IMG/VR virus record: IMGVR_UViG_3300020195_000009
Span: 124,001 to 188,000 of that record
Length of the DNA stretch: 64,000 nucleotides
Strand: one strand, 5' to 3'
Position 1 is the first letter of the stretch. Each line of letters starts with the position of its first letter. Made by a program: the position numbers and the translations under genes. The notes under the pieces are model-generated. The model was given only the letters and a program-made list of their open reading frames with translations. It ran no database searches and had not been told where the DNA came from. Below, one piece after another: positions 28,273 to 36,725 of the stretch.

Positions 28273-29175
28273 TCACGTAATCACAAGATGAATGTCAATA
28301 TCCAGGTAGCTGTTGGAGCTGTACCCGGAGACCCTGAGTTTCTCCGTGTAGGTCCCCTGGAGGAAGTTGTCTGGGGGCACTGCGGTCACCGTGATGACGT
28401 CCGACCCCAAAGAGGCAAGCGTCCCGGAGGCCGGTAGGAAGCTGGTAAGCCAATCCGAAAGCCCCGTAAGCTTCTGGATTTGGTAATCGAGGATGGACCC
28501 CGCTGGTCCCGAGTTCTGCACCGTGAACGTCTGGACCGGAATCGACGGGAACGGGCCCGAAATAGGCTTCACGACCGAGAAGGTCAGGAGCGTGGGGAGC
28601 AGGAAGATGGTGGCCTTGGGTCGAACCACAATCGTGACCGGGAACATCTGGGGGTTGTTGACCGCCGCAGGATCTTGAACCGCGATGCTTTCAACGTACG
28701 GGCTTGAGGCCGCAAGGAGGTTAGTTGCATCCACTTCAACTTGGAACTGGCCCGATTCATTCAACGCTAGGTTGCCTACGTTGGCCGGGGTGACCCGTAC
28801 GTAGGCCGCTGAGGTGGTGAGAGTCACTCCAAGGATAGACCCGTACACCCCGTCGTTGGTGAGAAGAACAAACTCCCCAGGCCCGAACCCACGGCCCTCG
28901 TCCACGTTGAACGTGAGAGACGAAGGCGGCCCAAGCAGGATGCTCGGGGAGAAGTTGGCTCGAAGCTCGTCGATGGACTCGGCCATCGCGGCCACAACCT
29001 CCCCTGGGATGGGGATGGAGTCTCTCAGCAGGCCATAGGGAGAAACAATGTCGAGCACCGAGTAGACCGGGTTCGACTGCGACACATCCAGCCGTGTTGT
29101 CCATCGCCACTTACCGGCAGCAACGGGCAACTCGAACTTGTAGTCGTGGACCTTCAGGTTCGAGACTAGCGGCAC
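28273..29175 (-). CDS. Virion protein with two Ig-like (BACON-like) domains
   Basis: PSSLTF...TSAAYVRVTP and PTLLTF...QTFTVQNSG...WL...PASGTL...GTYTE; likely GTG start at 29175 after GAGGGA (track start 29199). Confidence 0.6.
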   Translation of the reverse strand: MPLVSNLKVHDYKFELPVAAGKWRWTTRLDVSQSNPVYSVLDIVSPYGLLRDSIPIPGEVVAAMAESIDELRANFSPSILLGPPSSLTFNVDEGRGFGPGEFVLLTNDGVYGSILGVTLTTSAAYVRVTPANVGNLALNESGQFQVEVDATNLLAASSPYVESIAVQDPAAVNNPQMFPVTIVVRPKATIFLLPTLLTFSVVKPISGPFPSIPVQTFTVQNSGPAGSILDYQIQKLTGLSDWLTSFLPASGTLASLGSDVITVTAVPPDNFLQGTYTEKLRVSGYSSNSYLDIDIHLVIT

Positions 29176-29220
29176 TTGCAGTTCCCTCTTGAACCACAAG
29201 CCATAAGAAGAAACGGGGCG

Positions 29221-29386
29221 TTAGGCGGCCTTCGAGCGAAAACTACCCAGATAATCGGCCGCTCCCTGGAGCACCCGGAGGCTCTCCCTGGCATGCCCCA
29301 AGCCGAAGTTGCAGCCTCGACAAAGGAGCCCTCGGACAGCTAGGCCCGAAGGGTCCTGAGCCGCCGCAAGTCGTACAGGCTTTCAC
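29221..29386 (-). pseudogene. Internally deleted, frameshifted endonuclease VII-type HNH homing endonuclease remnant
   Basis: GTG start reads MKACTTCGGSGPFGP; another frame then reads AVRGLLCRGCNFGLGHARESLRVLQGAADYL...TAA, the EndoVII C-terminal signature. The DHDH core is missing. Confidence 0.75.
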
Positions 29387-29398
29387 GTTGATAACCTA

Positions 29399-30028
29399 TC
29401 AGAAACAACCATCCCCACCGCGGTTTGACCACTGCGGCAAGCGAACTTCGCGCAAGATGTTGAACTTCTTGGAAGCTATACTGGAGAAAACCTTGTGGTA
29501 AGGGACGAACTTGCCCTCTTCGCCGGCACGTTTTTCCAGTGTCTTGACGGCCCCAAAGAAACGATGACGCACTCGACCTTGCGTGAGCCCGAGTCGCGTA
29601 GCGACTTCACTCTGGCAGGTCGTTTGCCACATCCCCACGAGGATATCGACGTCGATAGGTTTGAACGGAACGTCGGGGAGGTCCTGACGCATCTCATCTT
29701 CGCTGATTTGCGGAATTGAAAGAAGGAACCGTATGCGTTGTAAGCCCCGATCCAGCCGATAGCTGATCGCCGCTTGCGTGACGCCGAAAATCTCAGCGAT
29801 GTCGGCTTGGCGCTTCTTTTGGATGTAGTAGAGGAAGATGAGATCAGCCTCTCGCTCTGGGATCCGATCCAGTAGGGGCTTGACCTGGTTCTCGTAGTTG
29901 AGGGTTGATAGGAGGGGCTCTACGTTGGGCTCCTCTTCCTCATCAAGATCATCAAAGAGCCGGTCTGGGGCTGCGAATCTGTTGGCGAGTTCTGCCGGGT
30001 CAACCGAAATAGTGAAGCCGCCACTCAT
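29399..30028 (-). CDS. Transcription factor with two tandem sigma70 region-4-like HTH domains
   Basis: IPEREADLIFLYY...QADIAEIFGVTQAAISYRLDRG and QSEVATRLGLTQGRVRHRFFGA; no recognisable region 2. Confidence 0.7.
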   Translation of the reverse strand: MSGGFTISVDPAELANRFAAPDRLFDDLDEEEEPNVEPLLSTLNYENQVKPLLDRIPEREADLIFLYYIQKKRQADIAEIFGVTQAAISYRLDRGLQRIRFLLSIPQISEDEMRQDLPDVPFKPIDVDILVGMWQTTCQSEVATRLGLTQGRVRHRFFGAVKTLEKRAGEEGKFVPYHKVFSSIASKKFNILREVRLPQWSNRGGDGCF

Positions 30029-30049
30029 GGATTCTTCCTCCCGTCAAAG

Positions 30050-32095
30050 TCACTCGGAAAAGGCGAGTTGTTCTTGTCGCTTCGCAAATCCTCGTGAAGC
30101 GGTCTGAAAGAAGGGTTCCACTATCGAGTCGGCTTGGATGCTGAGCCCACCGATGACTTCGGAGGCGATCTTTGCATCAGGACTCGGAGCGATCTCATCA
30201 AACGAGAGATCGTCGCGTAGCTGCATGAGATTCAAATTGAGGCGGACCTGAGCTTCGGCCGCACGGATCTTCGCGTACTGCCCGGCGGTGATGCCAGACA
30301 AGTTGGATGCGAAGACCTCATCAACTGAACCGTAGTTTTTCAAGAGCGCCGTCAGAACTTTCGTAGGTACCCGGCCACCGACACCCGGTACCTCATCTGA
30401 ATCGTCCCCGAGTAACGCCCGAAGTTGGACCATGCGTTCGGGTGTGACTCCATATTCTTCCACAACTTTGTCCCGGTCGTAAAGGGTCTCCTGTCGATTT
30501 CCGACCTTGGGTGATAGCACGATGTCAGTCAATGTCACCAACTGTAAGAAGTCTTGGTCCGTAGAGAGGATGACGTTCCTCTGACCTTTGAGCTTGCCTC
30601 GGACAAGACAAGCGATGACGTCATCCGTTTCTTCCTCGGCGTTGAATGCTTGGGTGACACCCAGGAGGGGGAGGATGTTTCGCAGGCGACTCATCTGGCT
30701 CTCAGGGCCAACAGAGGCACCATTCAAGGACCCGTTGGCCGCTCGCTCGGCTGCTCGCTTCTCACGCCGCTTAATCTTGTACCCCTCAAAGAGGTTGATA
30801 CGACGCTGCGGGGATCCGTCCCAAACAACGTAAATTGAGGCATTTGCAAATCTCTTCTTGAGACTAGCCAGGCTTTTCAAGAACCCAAACACGAGGGAGG
30901 TGGGGTTCCCTTCTGCGTCCGTGAGGGGTTTCTTCATGGCCCCGAGGGCATGAGAGACTCGGTACGCGAGGTTGTGCCCATCGATGATGACGTTCTCGAA
31001 CATGTCCGATCTCCCTGTTAGCGCCTCAACGTTACCCACGTTACGGGCCAGCCCATTCAATCTCTGTACGATGTCTTGGAGCCACTGAGACTCAAGCATT
31101 TTTGCTTCTACTTGAGCGTTGAGTGTCGGTAAGGTGGCGAGAGCTGGGGCCGCTTGGAGGTATTGAAACCAAGCTGGACCTCGTTCTATCAACGAGTCCA
31201 TTTGATGCACAAGGCCGTATTTTTCAGCGACCTTGTCCATCACTGGAGTGGGCTTTACTTGGAGACCGAGCTTACGACTACGATCCAACCAACCACCAAA
31301 GAGTTGAACCCCTTGGTGACTATGCAACAAAAGGGTGATTGGAGGAGGGCCTGAGGGGAGCGTCATCTGACGGCGGATGTGTTTGACGCGATCCAACCGT
31401 ACAAGGCCTAGCTCGATATTACCGAGGTCTCGGACGGCCTGCTCGACCTCCCTAAACCCAGAGGGAACCCACGACAGAATGGGTTGAACCAACCGACTCC
31501 ACTCTCGGATCCGTTCGATCTTCGTCATGAACGGAGAGAATGTGGGAAGATCCGACTGGTCCTTCGAGACGAATCGGAGAAACGACCTGGGGAGCGTGAC
31601 TATGGCTTCTTTGGATCGAAGCTTGATATAGACCTGAACTGAATCGGTCTCTGGGATCTCCTCGATGATCCGGCCGTTGATGCCCTTGTAGGGGCCGTTC
31701 ATCACCTGAACTTCATCCCCTACTTCAATACCTTGTTCTGTTTCAACGTGTATTTGACGACGCATCTTGTCGATGTCCACGTCTCGAACAGTCGCCATCT
31801 CACGGTAGGTGGTCTTTCGGTCCAAAGCCCGAGCTACCGTCAGAACCGAAGCGACGTACCGCGTACCCTCAAGCCGCATATACGCAGAGTCAGGGAGGGT
31901 CCTACGTACAAAGACGTAGTTGTCGATCAGCTTGTGGATGACACGGCTATCTCCGACGATGGACACGGAGGCAGGGATGAAAATCTCGACCGTCTTGTCT
32001 CGGAATACACGAGCTAGAGCGGAGGCGAGGACCTCTGGGTCTTCGTCTTCTCCTTGAGGGGAAAGCTCTAAGACGACCCAATCACGCGTCGCCAC
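30050..32095 (-). CDS. NusG/RfaH-like (NGN+KOW) domain fused to a PolA/T5-FEN-type 5'-3' exonuclease
   Basis: N-terminal WVVL, IFIP, NYVFV and KOW IEVGDEVQVMNGPYKGING; C-terminal IIDGHN, VWDG, ETDDVIA, STDQD, GDDSD and H3TH motif. Confidence 0.85.
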   Translation of the reverse strand: MATRDWVVLELSPQGEDEDPEVLASALARVFRDKTVEIFIPASVSIVGDSRVIHKLIDNYVFVRRTLPDSAYMRLEGTRYVASVLTVARALDRKTTYREMATVRDVDIDKMRRQIHVETEQGIEVGDEVQVMNGPYKGINGRIIEEIPETDSVQVYIKLRSKEAIVTLPRSFLRFVSKDQSDLPTFSPFMTKIERIREWSRLVQPILSWVPSGFREVEQAVRDLGNIELGLVRLDRVKHIRRQMTLPSGPPPITLLLHSHQGVQLFGGWLDRSRKLGLQVKPTPVMDKVAEKYGLVHQMDSLIERGPAWFQYLQAAPALATLPTLNAQVEAKMLESQWLQDIVQRLNGLARNVGNVEALTGRSDMFENVIIDGHNLAYRVSHALGAMKKPLTDAEGNPTSLVFGFLKSLASLKKRFANASIYVVWDGSPQRRINLFEGYKIKRREKRAAERAANGSLNGASVGPESQMSRLRNILPLLGVTQAFNAEEETDDVIACLVRGKLKGQRNVILSTDQDFLQLVTLTDIVLSPKVGNRQETLYDRDKVVEEYGVTPERMVQLRALLGDDSDEVPGVGGRVPTKVLTALLKNYGSVDEVFASNLSGITAGQYAKIRAAEAQVRLNLNLMQLRDDLSFDEIAPSPDAKIASEVIGGLSIQADSIVEPFFQTASRGFAKRQEQLAFSE

Positions 32096-33602
32096 GAGAT
32101 ATCACTCCTCGATTCAACCAGAGTGTTTCAAAACCCCTTCGCCAAACGGATGGGCTAACGATGTCTCTCCCATCCCTCAACCGATGCTCATCCCAGAGGA
32201 TGGGCGCCTTTGCGTGTTTGTTCGCCGGTAAAGGGCCGGGAACTGCAAAATGATCAAACTCCCCGAGCGCACACGGATCTTGACCTGAAGGGCCCACTCC
32301 ATCGGCACGGACATCCGGCCCAACGGATCTTGGTTGAGGTATGAATTTCTGAGGTGGGGCTGGAGCTGCCAAGACCTGCGGTAGTGGAGCCTGAGCTGGG
32401 GCCGCCACTGGGAGTACAGGGGCCTGCACGGGGACCTCAGGGGTTGAGGCTGGCTCGGGTGAGATTTGTAGAGGTGCTGGGACCGCTACTGGACTTGGAG
32501 CTGGACCCAACGGTTGAAGCGGTGGGGGTTGCTGCTGTTGACGTGGAGCGATTGGGTGCTCTGAGGTGAGTTCCTCTGCCGCCATCAACACATCACAGAT
32601 CAAGCCGACTTTGGTTACATACCTTGACCGAAGGAAGCGTTCTGCGAGGCGAACAAGCCTTTGCCCCCCGTACGCCTGGAAAGCCTTTTGACCGAGATCC
32701 TTGTCGGCGAATGTGAAGTCAGCGGTCATCCCGGTTGCCAACCGGAACGAATTCATCGCGGCTTCTGCGAGACCGGAAGCCACTTCTTCGGGGGTGACTC
32801 GATCACAAGCCTTGTCTACGTAGGACAAAGCCTCTTTGGTGTCCGAGGCGATGCGCAGAAGGATCTCGTAGTAGGTCGATACAACGGAGAGGTTGAGGTT
32901 GGCTCGTACGCTCTCCACCGTTACAGGACCCATCTGGGCAACCATCTCCAGACGGTTGATTACGTCACGTACGTGACCCCCAGAGAAGTCGATGACGATG
33001 AGAAGGGCATCATCCTCGTGCTCAACCTTCTCTGACGTGAGGATGCTCTTCACCCGAGCAAGGATATCCTCTCGGGTCACCTTACGGATTGCGTACTCCT
33101 CACACCTCGACCGGATGGCGCCACGTACCTTCTCAGGTTCCGTCGTACAGAACATCCCAACGAGCTTCTTTTCCTCCAAGGGTTTGAGAAGAACGTCTTG
33201 GGCGTCCTTGCTCATCCGGTGGCACTCGTCGATGACGTAGATGCGCTTCTTGGCTCCGAAGACAGCGAAGGGGAGGTCGTCTACGATCTTTCGTACGTGT
33301 TCGATCGTCCCACGGCTAGCCGCATCCAGTTCGACGAAAGCACCGAGGTTATCATCCAAGACCCCCTTGCAGTTCTCACACTCGTTACAAGGCTCAGGGT
33401 TCGCAGGGTCGAGCTGTTGACAAAGCACGGCCCTCGCAAGGATCCGGGCTAGGGTAGTCTTCCCTTGTCCCGGACCCCCGCAAAAGATGTAGCTCGTGTC
33501 TAGGGCCGTCCCGTTACGAAGCCTCGATTTGAGGACTTGAACGGTGCCTTCTTGACCGAGGACATCGGCGAACTTGAGCGGCCTATACTTCGTATCCCAC
33601 AC
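32082..33602 (-). CDS. dnaX: DNA polymerase III clamp-loader subunit gamma/tau
   Basis: KYRP..F..V.GQ, GQGKTT, PCNECENC, ELDAAS, IDECH, LLKPLEE, IRSRC; Pro-rich tail. Confidence 0.92.
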   Translation of the reverse strand: MWDTKYRPLKFADVLGQEGTVQVLKSRLRNGTALDTSYIFCGGPGQGKTTLARILARAVLCQQLDPANPEPCNECENCKGVLDDNLGAFVELDAASRGTIEHVRKIVDDLPFAVFGAKKRIYVIDECHRMSKDAQDVLLKPLEEKKLVGMFCTTEPEKVRGAIRSRCEEYAIRKVTREDILARVKSILTSEKVEHEDDALLIVIDFSGGHVRDVINRLEMVAQMGPVTVESVRANLNLSVVSTYYEILLRIASDTKEALSYVDKACDRVTPEEVASGLAEAAMNSFRLATGMTADFTFADKDLGQKAFQAYGGQRLVRLAERFLRSRYVTKVGLICDVLMAAEELTSEHPIAPRQQQQPPPLQPLGPAPSPVAVPAPLQISPEPASTPEVPVQAPVLPVAAPAQAPLPQVLAAPAPPQKFIPQPRSVGPDVRADGVGPSGQDPCALGEFDHFAVPGPLPANKHAKAPILWDEHRLRDGRDIVSPSVWRRGFETLWLNRGVISRGDA

Positions 33603-33612
33603 GTGGTGAACC

Positions 33613-34122
33613 TCAGTGGGCTGCTGGGGCTCCAGCGGAACGGGTGGTTGTTCGGGTCGGGTCGGCCTCGGTCACACCAGCCGTCATGAAGCTGAGGTCG
33701 AGGGTTTGAGCCACGGAGACGAAACCAACGAGGTCCTCGTTCCAGGTCCCATGTCGACGAAGGATGGAAGAGAACTCTTGGACGTCCGGCTCCCGGAGCT
33801 TCCACTTCATCTCTGCCGTCTCTTCATCTTCTTCCCCGAGGCAACGCTCCAGAAGATGATCGACCAGGGCGGTACGCTTGCTCGCATCGAGAGGGGTCCA
33901 AGAGTCGAGTGCGATCTCAACTAGGTAATCAGCGTCGATGAGGAAGATCATGAGATCGCTCATCTTCTTGACCGTACCGTACACGGTCTTCCCGCCTTTT
34001 TTACCGGCCTTCTCCTTGAAGACGTACCGGAATCGTGCCGTTGCAAGTTCCGGGTGGTGCGACGGGATGAGGGTCTTGGCGAGGGCTTCGACAGCCTCGG
34101 CATTTTCGTAGGTCTGAGGCAT
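33613..34122 (-). CDS. Phage metallopeptidase-like protein with degenerate active site
   Basis: ALVDHLLERC...LREPDVQEF..I.RRHG, against the usual ALxDHELxH...HDVEEF pattern. Confidence 0.55.
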   Translation of the reverse strand: MPQTYENAEAVEALAKTLIPSHHPELATARFRYVFKEKAGKKGGKTVYGTVKKMSDLMIFLIDADYLVEIALDSWTPLDASKRTALVDHLLERCLGEEDEETAEMKWKLREPDVQEFSSILRRHGTWNEDLVGFVSVAQTLDLSFMTAGVTEADPTRTTTRSAGAPAAH

Positions 34123-34128
34123 GGTCTC

Positions 34129-34830
34129 TCACTCCATTTGGGCTTGAAGAAACGACTTGAAACGATCATCACCCCAGGCTTCCCAGAGGTCACCAGGGTC
34201 CTTAATAGCTTTACCGTTCGGTAGTTTGACTCCTATCGGGTAGCCCACCGACCGGACTTCTTCAAATTGACCTCCGTACTCTTTAACGAAGGCCGAGTAA
34301 ACACGAATGCCGATCGCATCGTTATCATAGAAGAAGCGCCACCGCTTTACAATACGCCGGCAGGCTCGGAGGAGGTTCCCACTCACCTTGGCCGTGAGCG
34401 TTGACACTGAGTACGGCACAACGCGCTGCGTTGGGAAGTAATCAAACACACCCTCTACGGGCATGATTGCCTCATGCTCCCAGATCGAAGGCATCGCTTG
34501 CCCCAACCCAAAGTAGACGGGCTCCGCTCGGGTGAGGAAGTAGTCCGAGTAGGTCGAGGACCTCTCAACCCCTCGAAATTGAAACCCCAGCACTTCACCA
34601 AGAGGGTTGGTCAGAGGGAAGACGAAGGAGTCAGCCAGCTTCCTCCCGTGCCAGCACCATTCCAAGAAGTCGGCGGGATACTCGGCCGGGGGCAGCTCTT
34701 TGTTTAGGTACCCGATCTGGAGGAGATCGATTTGGTCCTCTGACGCCCCACGAGTCCAAAGGGCTTCCCGGACTCGCTCGTCCAGGCCACCCTTCGCGTA
34801 GTTCACCAGAGTTTCAACCCAAGCTGCCAT
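34129..34830 (-). CDS. dnaG: DnaG-type primase catalytic core (TOPRIM), no zinc-binding domain
   Basis: VFPL..PLGEVLGFQFR, VEGVFD, YDND..G, KDPGD. Confidence 0.75.
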   Translation of the reverse strand: MAAWVETLVNYAKGGLDERVREALWTRGASEDQIDLLQIGYLNKELPPAEYPADFLEWCWHGRKLADSFVFPLTNPLGEVLGFQFRGVERSSTYSDYFLTRAEPVYFGLGQAMPSIWEHEAIMPVEGVFDYFPTQRVVPYSVSTLTAKVSGNLLRACRRIVKRWRFFYDNDAIGIRVYSAFVKEYGGQFEEVRSVGYPIGVKLPNGKAIKDPGDLWEAWGDDRFKSFLQAQME

Positions 34831-35437
34831 TCGGTCGGACCACCATCAACGTTCGGGGAACGTTGTAAAGTTGGAGCCCGAGATGGTCCCCAACCCTCGT
34901 ATAGACACCGAGGGCGGGTGGACTTGCAGCAACTAACGCAGATCCTTCAGGAAGTGAGGGGGAGGTCACAACTTGGACTCCCTCCACAGAAGCGTACCCT
35001 TCGGGTAACTCCTGCCCTGTAGGTAGAACCACGGTCTTCGGTTGGACTGGAGAGGCTTTCATCGAGGCAAGAGCCTCTGGGATTGAAGCGAAAACGTTGG
35101 GCCAGTTGAGTTCAAGAGCCAGGTTCAACACCCTCAAGAAAAGGCGGTTCAGTACTTCCCCCTCCTCGGCCGGAGGGCAGGGGAAGAATCCGTACCTAGC
35201 GACCCCCTCGGAGCCACGCCGAACCTGGAGAAAGGCCCCCCGCATACTCGATGCCAGGATGGGTTCGGCACTCGCAGGGACCGCCCGCTCCTCCATCGCT
35301 GGTACAGAGAACCCACCCTGGCTCGTCGCCCGTTGACGAAGACGCTCCGTCACCAGCAAGTAGGAGAGAGGTGAGAAGTTCAACTCAACCTCTTGGGCTC
35401 CGCCCCAAGAAGCCGGAGAAGCCAAGCCTTCCACCAT
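34814..35437 (-). CDS. Hypothetical protein
   Basis: ORF overlapping both neighbours in the replication operon; start uncertain. Confidence 0.5.
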   Translation of the reverse strand: MVEGLASPASWGGAQEVELNFSPLSYLLVTERLRQRATSQGGFSVPAMEERAVPASAEPILASSMRGAFLQVRRGSEGVARYGFFPCPPAEEGEVLNRLFLRVLNLALELNWPNVFASIPEALASMKASPVQPKTVVLPTGQELPEGYASVEGVQVVTSPSLPEGSALVAASPPALGVYTRVGDHLGLQLYNVPRTLMVVRPNGSLG

Positions 35438-36039
35438 GGAACCGGCGAGGCTGCTGTACCTGTCGAGTCGTACGGATCCGCAGGCGGGGTGATCGGATCT
35501 GGCTCAGGCGGATCTGGCTCAGGCTTAGGGGCCGGAGGCTTAGGGGCCTCTTCCTGTTGAATCAACCTCTCTATCTTCTCTTGAGTTTCGACGATCTGTG
35601 GCTGATCCTTGGCCTCAGCCTCTTCCAAGAGCCAAAGTAGGGAGAATACTTCGGGTAGGTTCCCCCGTGTCCACGACTCATCTCGAAGCTGCTCCCGGAA
35701 CTCTTTGAGTAGATCAGCCTTCTTTCGGGCGGGCTCAAAGACAGGACAACGGATGGCGTCAAGGGGCTCTTCGCAGATGGTACCACCCCACATCTCCGGG
35801 TCCTTGGATCCGAGCATGCAGAGCCCGATCGTCTGGAGGACAGGGAGCCCACGATTGTCCGTGATGCGGTTGTAAGTCTCGTTAGACTCCCCATCGACCT
35901 TCTTTCGTTGGTCCAAAGGATGCCGGTAGTTGTGAACACAACGACACGGAAGCTTCTCTGTGGCTGACGCGATGCGGCGATTCAACTCTTCGCTGAGGAG
36001 TTGGTTCAACCTACCTCGGATTTCGGTTTCACCTTTCAT
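35380..36039 (-). CDS. Hypothetical Cys-containing protein with Pro-rich linker and amphipathic C-terminus
   Basis: C.C.HN...C...C...CP.F; PWWKAWLLRLLG tail; ATGA overlap with the upstream gene. Confidence 0.6.
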   Translation of the reverse strand: MKGETEIRGRLNQLLSEELNRRIASATEKLPCRCVHNYRHPLDQRKKVDGESNETYNRITDNRGLPVLQTIGLCMLGSKDPEMWGGTICEEPLDAIRCPVFEPARKKADLLKEFREQLRDESWTRGNLPEVFSLLWLLEEAEAKDQPQIVETQEKIERLIQQEEAPKPPAPKPEPDPPEPDPITPPADPYDSTGTAASPVPWWKAWLLRLLGAEPKRLS

Positions 36040-36725
36040 GCCCCTCGCAACCTCTTCACCACGAACTCACTCTTTACACCTACCGGCTTGGAGTCCCCTT
36101 GATATGAGACGCTAGCGTGCTCAAGGAACGCCGGCTTGTGAGTCACCATGAGAAGGGAGAGGTTGCTTGTGTCGGCTAACTTCTGGAGGAAATGCCCCGT
36201 CGCCTCGATGTAGTCGTCCGAAACTGCCGCAAGAGTCTCATCCAAGAGCAGGATCTTCTTACGCTTCAATCGGAGAAGAGTGAGGATTCGCAGGATGAGG
36301 CTAGCGATGCTAGACGGACCTCCGCCGAACGAATCCAGCGGGGAACCCTTGATCCCACCATTGTCAGGATCCCCTTGGCAGATGTAGAACTCGACGCTGA
36401 TTTTGTTGTACTTCTGCGACACTTCCGCTCGGAAGCTGAGGTCTTGATCGAAGAAGATGGTTCGCAGCCCTTCCGATACGATCGTTTCGATCATACGGAC
36501 TTGCCCCATCACCATCTGATCCATGAGGACCCGGTACAACTCAGAGACCTTCGTGAGGATCTCTTGCCGACGCGTAAGCTCCTCAATCTCTTCTTCCTTG
36601 ACGGTCAGCTCGTCAGCGAGTTGGTCCCTAACCACCCTCAGCCGAATGGCTGAGTTTTGGAGATGTTGAACACGCTGAGACCAGCCGTTTACTCTTTCGA
36701 CGGCATGAAGCGTGTCACTCTGCAT
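36036..36725 (-). CDS. SbcC/Rad50-like ABC ATPase, C-terminal half
   Basis: Short coiled coil, signature SFGGG, Walker B LLLDE, H-loop MVTH; no Walker A. Confidence 0.8.
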   Translation of the reverse strand: MQSDTLHAVERVNGWSQRVQHLQNSAIRLRVVRDQLADELTVKEEEIEELTRRQEILTKVSELYRVLMDQMVMGQVRMIETIVSEGLRTIFFDQDLSFRAEVSQKYNKISVEFYICQGDPDNGGIKGSPLDSFGGGPSSIASLILRILTLLRLKRKKILLLDETLAAVSDDYIEATGHFLQKLADTSNLSLLMVTHKPAFLEHASVSYQGDSKPVGVKSEFVVKRLRGA

